Shown one piece after another: positions 63,701 through 64,000 of a stretch of DNA of 64,000 nucleotides. The notes below the pieces were generated by a model, which saw nothing but the letters and a program-made list of their open reading frames with translations, was not told where the DNA came from and made no database searches. Position numbers and translations under genes: made by a program. Position 1 is the stretch's first letter. The number at the start of each line of letters is the position of its first letter. Source of the DNA: an uncultured Candidatus Rokubacteria bacterium (GTDB lineage: Bacteria > Methylomirabilota > Methylomirabilia > Rokubacteriales > CSP1-6); NCBI GenBank assembly GCA_963747235.1, contig CAVVEU010000015.1, forward strand, positions 1 through 64,000, in the 5' to 3' direction.

Positions 63701-63863
63701 CCGCTACTTCGGCACCGTCACCGCCTACGTGCCGGGGCCCGAGGCCGCGCGGTTCCACTTCACGAGCGCGCTGCCCGTGCGCGTCACCGGGCTGCTCATG
63801 CCCACGCTCGACCGCCTCTCCTCGCCGGCGCCTGCTCCCGCGGCTGCGTCCGCCTCGCCTTAG
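60705..63863 (+). CDS. Large bifunctional penicillin-binding protein (transglycosylase-transpeptidase)
   Basis: N-terminal TM; transglycosylase GASTLPTQLEK; transpeptidase STAK, SVN and KTG. Confidence 0.85.
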   Translation: MADSSPRFALKRIFSFSRSASTRGLTPSQPALATGVMSEDVLTGASRRSWVARMRELLHRRYVLFPLIVVVLALATLVEVRTSTMQALVLSRAAAWLTYRVDAGPSKAIRFPRTGPYDERLGYTRLGGFVERLEGAGYRVERQARLSPGLDRLAAWGVALPYREKTRAGLAVLDREEKPLYATRYPEEVYERFEAVPTLLVNTVLFIENRELLDAGHPFRNPVVDWRRLAKAVGVETLGRLGGERHSIGASTLPTQLEKLRHSPDGRTRHPGDKLHQMITASLRAYQGGVQTRAARRQILVDYLDSLPLAAAPGHGEVHGMGDGLRVWYGLDFAEANALLEAKPGVSDAARARVFKRALSLILAVRRPYHYLVENPRGLEEFTDSYLRVMARAGVIDARLRDAALAERLEPRAGSGPATMAFVERKGANLVRSRLTTLLNVPALYDLDRLDVTAYSTLDAPGQAAASRLLRSLREPATLERLGLVGEKLLGGGDPARVLYSVTIYERGPHANRIRIQTDNLDQPLDINGGARIDLGSTAKLRTLISYLEAIAVLHDRYARLAPAELAAARPHPKDRMGAWALEYLTAARGTDKTLQAMLEASLERKYSASPAEAFFTGGGLHTFGNFDREDDRKVMTIREAFQNSVNLVFIRLMRDVVTNHLYGSESSLAVRLADPLDPRRDRYLTRFADREGSEFVRRFYRKYQGLALDAQLELVLSGARATPNGLATALRSVYPEVSFEVFREMLTPRLPGRGLSDKMIEELYERADPQAMPLADRGYVAGVHPLELWLAGYLRRHPGAGITQVVRASSAERQAVYGWLFFTRHRNAQDNRIASLLEIEAFLDLHRSWERLGYPFASLTPSLATAIGSSGDRPAALAELMGIILNDGVRLPTVLVDGVDFGVGTPYETHMGRAEVPATQVLAPEVATVVRGMLTQVVEQGTARGLRPALAQPGGTPHLAGGKTGTGDHRYFVYAKNGAVVESRVVSRAATFVFMLDNRYFGTVTAYVPGPEAARFHFTSALPVRVTGLLMPTLDRLSSPAPAPAAASASP

Positions 63864-64000
63864 CCTCGCGCGCTCGTCTTACCTGACCCGTCGGGCGGGA
63901 CGCCGGGGGGCGGGGGCCCTCCCGGGAACACGCTGAGTCGCATTGCCCCGGGGCCACTCTGACGAGCCACGAGATGGGGCGCGATTCGCTTCGCTTACGC

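Noticed and set aside
63880-64000. Possible hammerhead ribozyme or riboswitch (ctgacga core, GC-rich stems)
   Set aside because: CUGANGA is not followed by stem II and GAAA, and no other family consensus fits. The region is truncated by the window edge.

Overview
Very GC-rich bacterial chromosomal segment. Gene content and style suggest a soil bacterium such as Candidatus Rokubacteria/Methylomirabilota (inference only). Many genes are broken by single-base indels scattered evenly across unrelated loci, which looks like long-read sequencing error rather than real pseudogenisation. Most of the window is metabolic and transport genes: two dipeptide/oligopeptide-type ABC systems, F420-type oxidoreductases, an acyl-CoA ligase, LhgO, Xth, GGT, an amidase and a large PBP. 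The highlights are: (1) a ~9.5 kb tightly coupled operon in which three near-identical TRAP (DctP/TakP-like) binding proteins, a relic fourth copy and an ABC-type binding protein sit with no transporter membrane genes, directly upstream of a Cache-HAMP-3xGAF kinase, a receiver and a receiver-cyclase; (2) a sigma54 promoter and a c-di-GMP-I riboswitch controlling an unknown exported protein; (3) two class III cyclases with non-canonical base-specifying residues; (4) a B12-dependent NrdJ with two inteins at its catalytic cysteines and tandem NrdR boxes; (5) a trypsin-TM-rhodanese fusion, a Tat-exported DUF6569/ARPP-1-like protein, and REP-like palindromes. No rRNA, tRNA, CRISPR array or transposase was seen.
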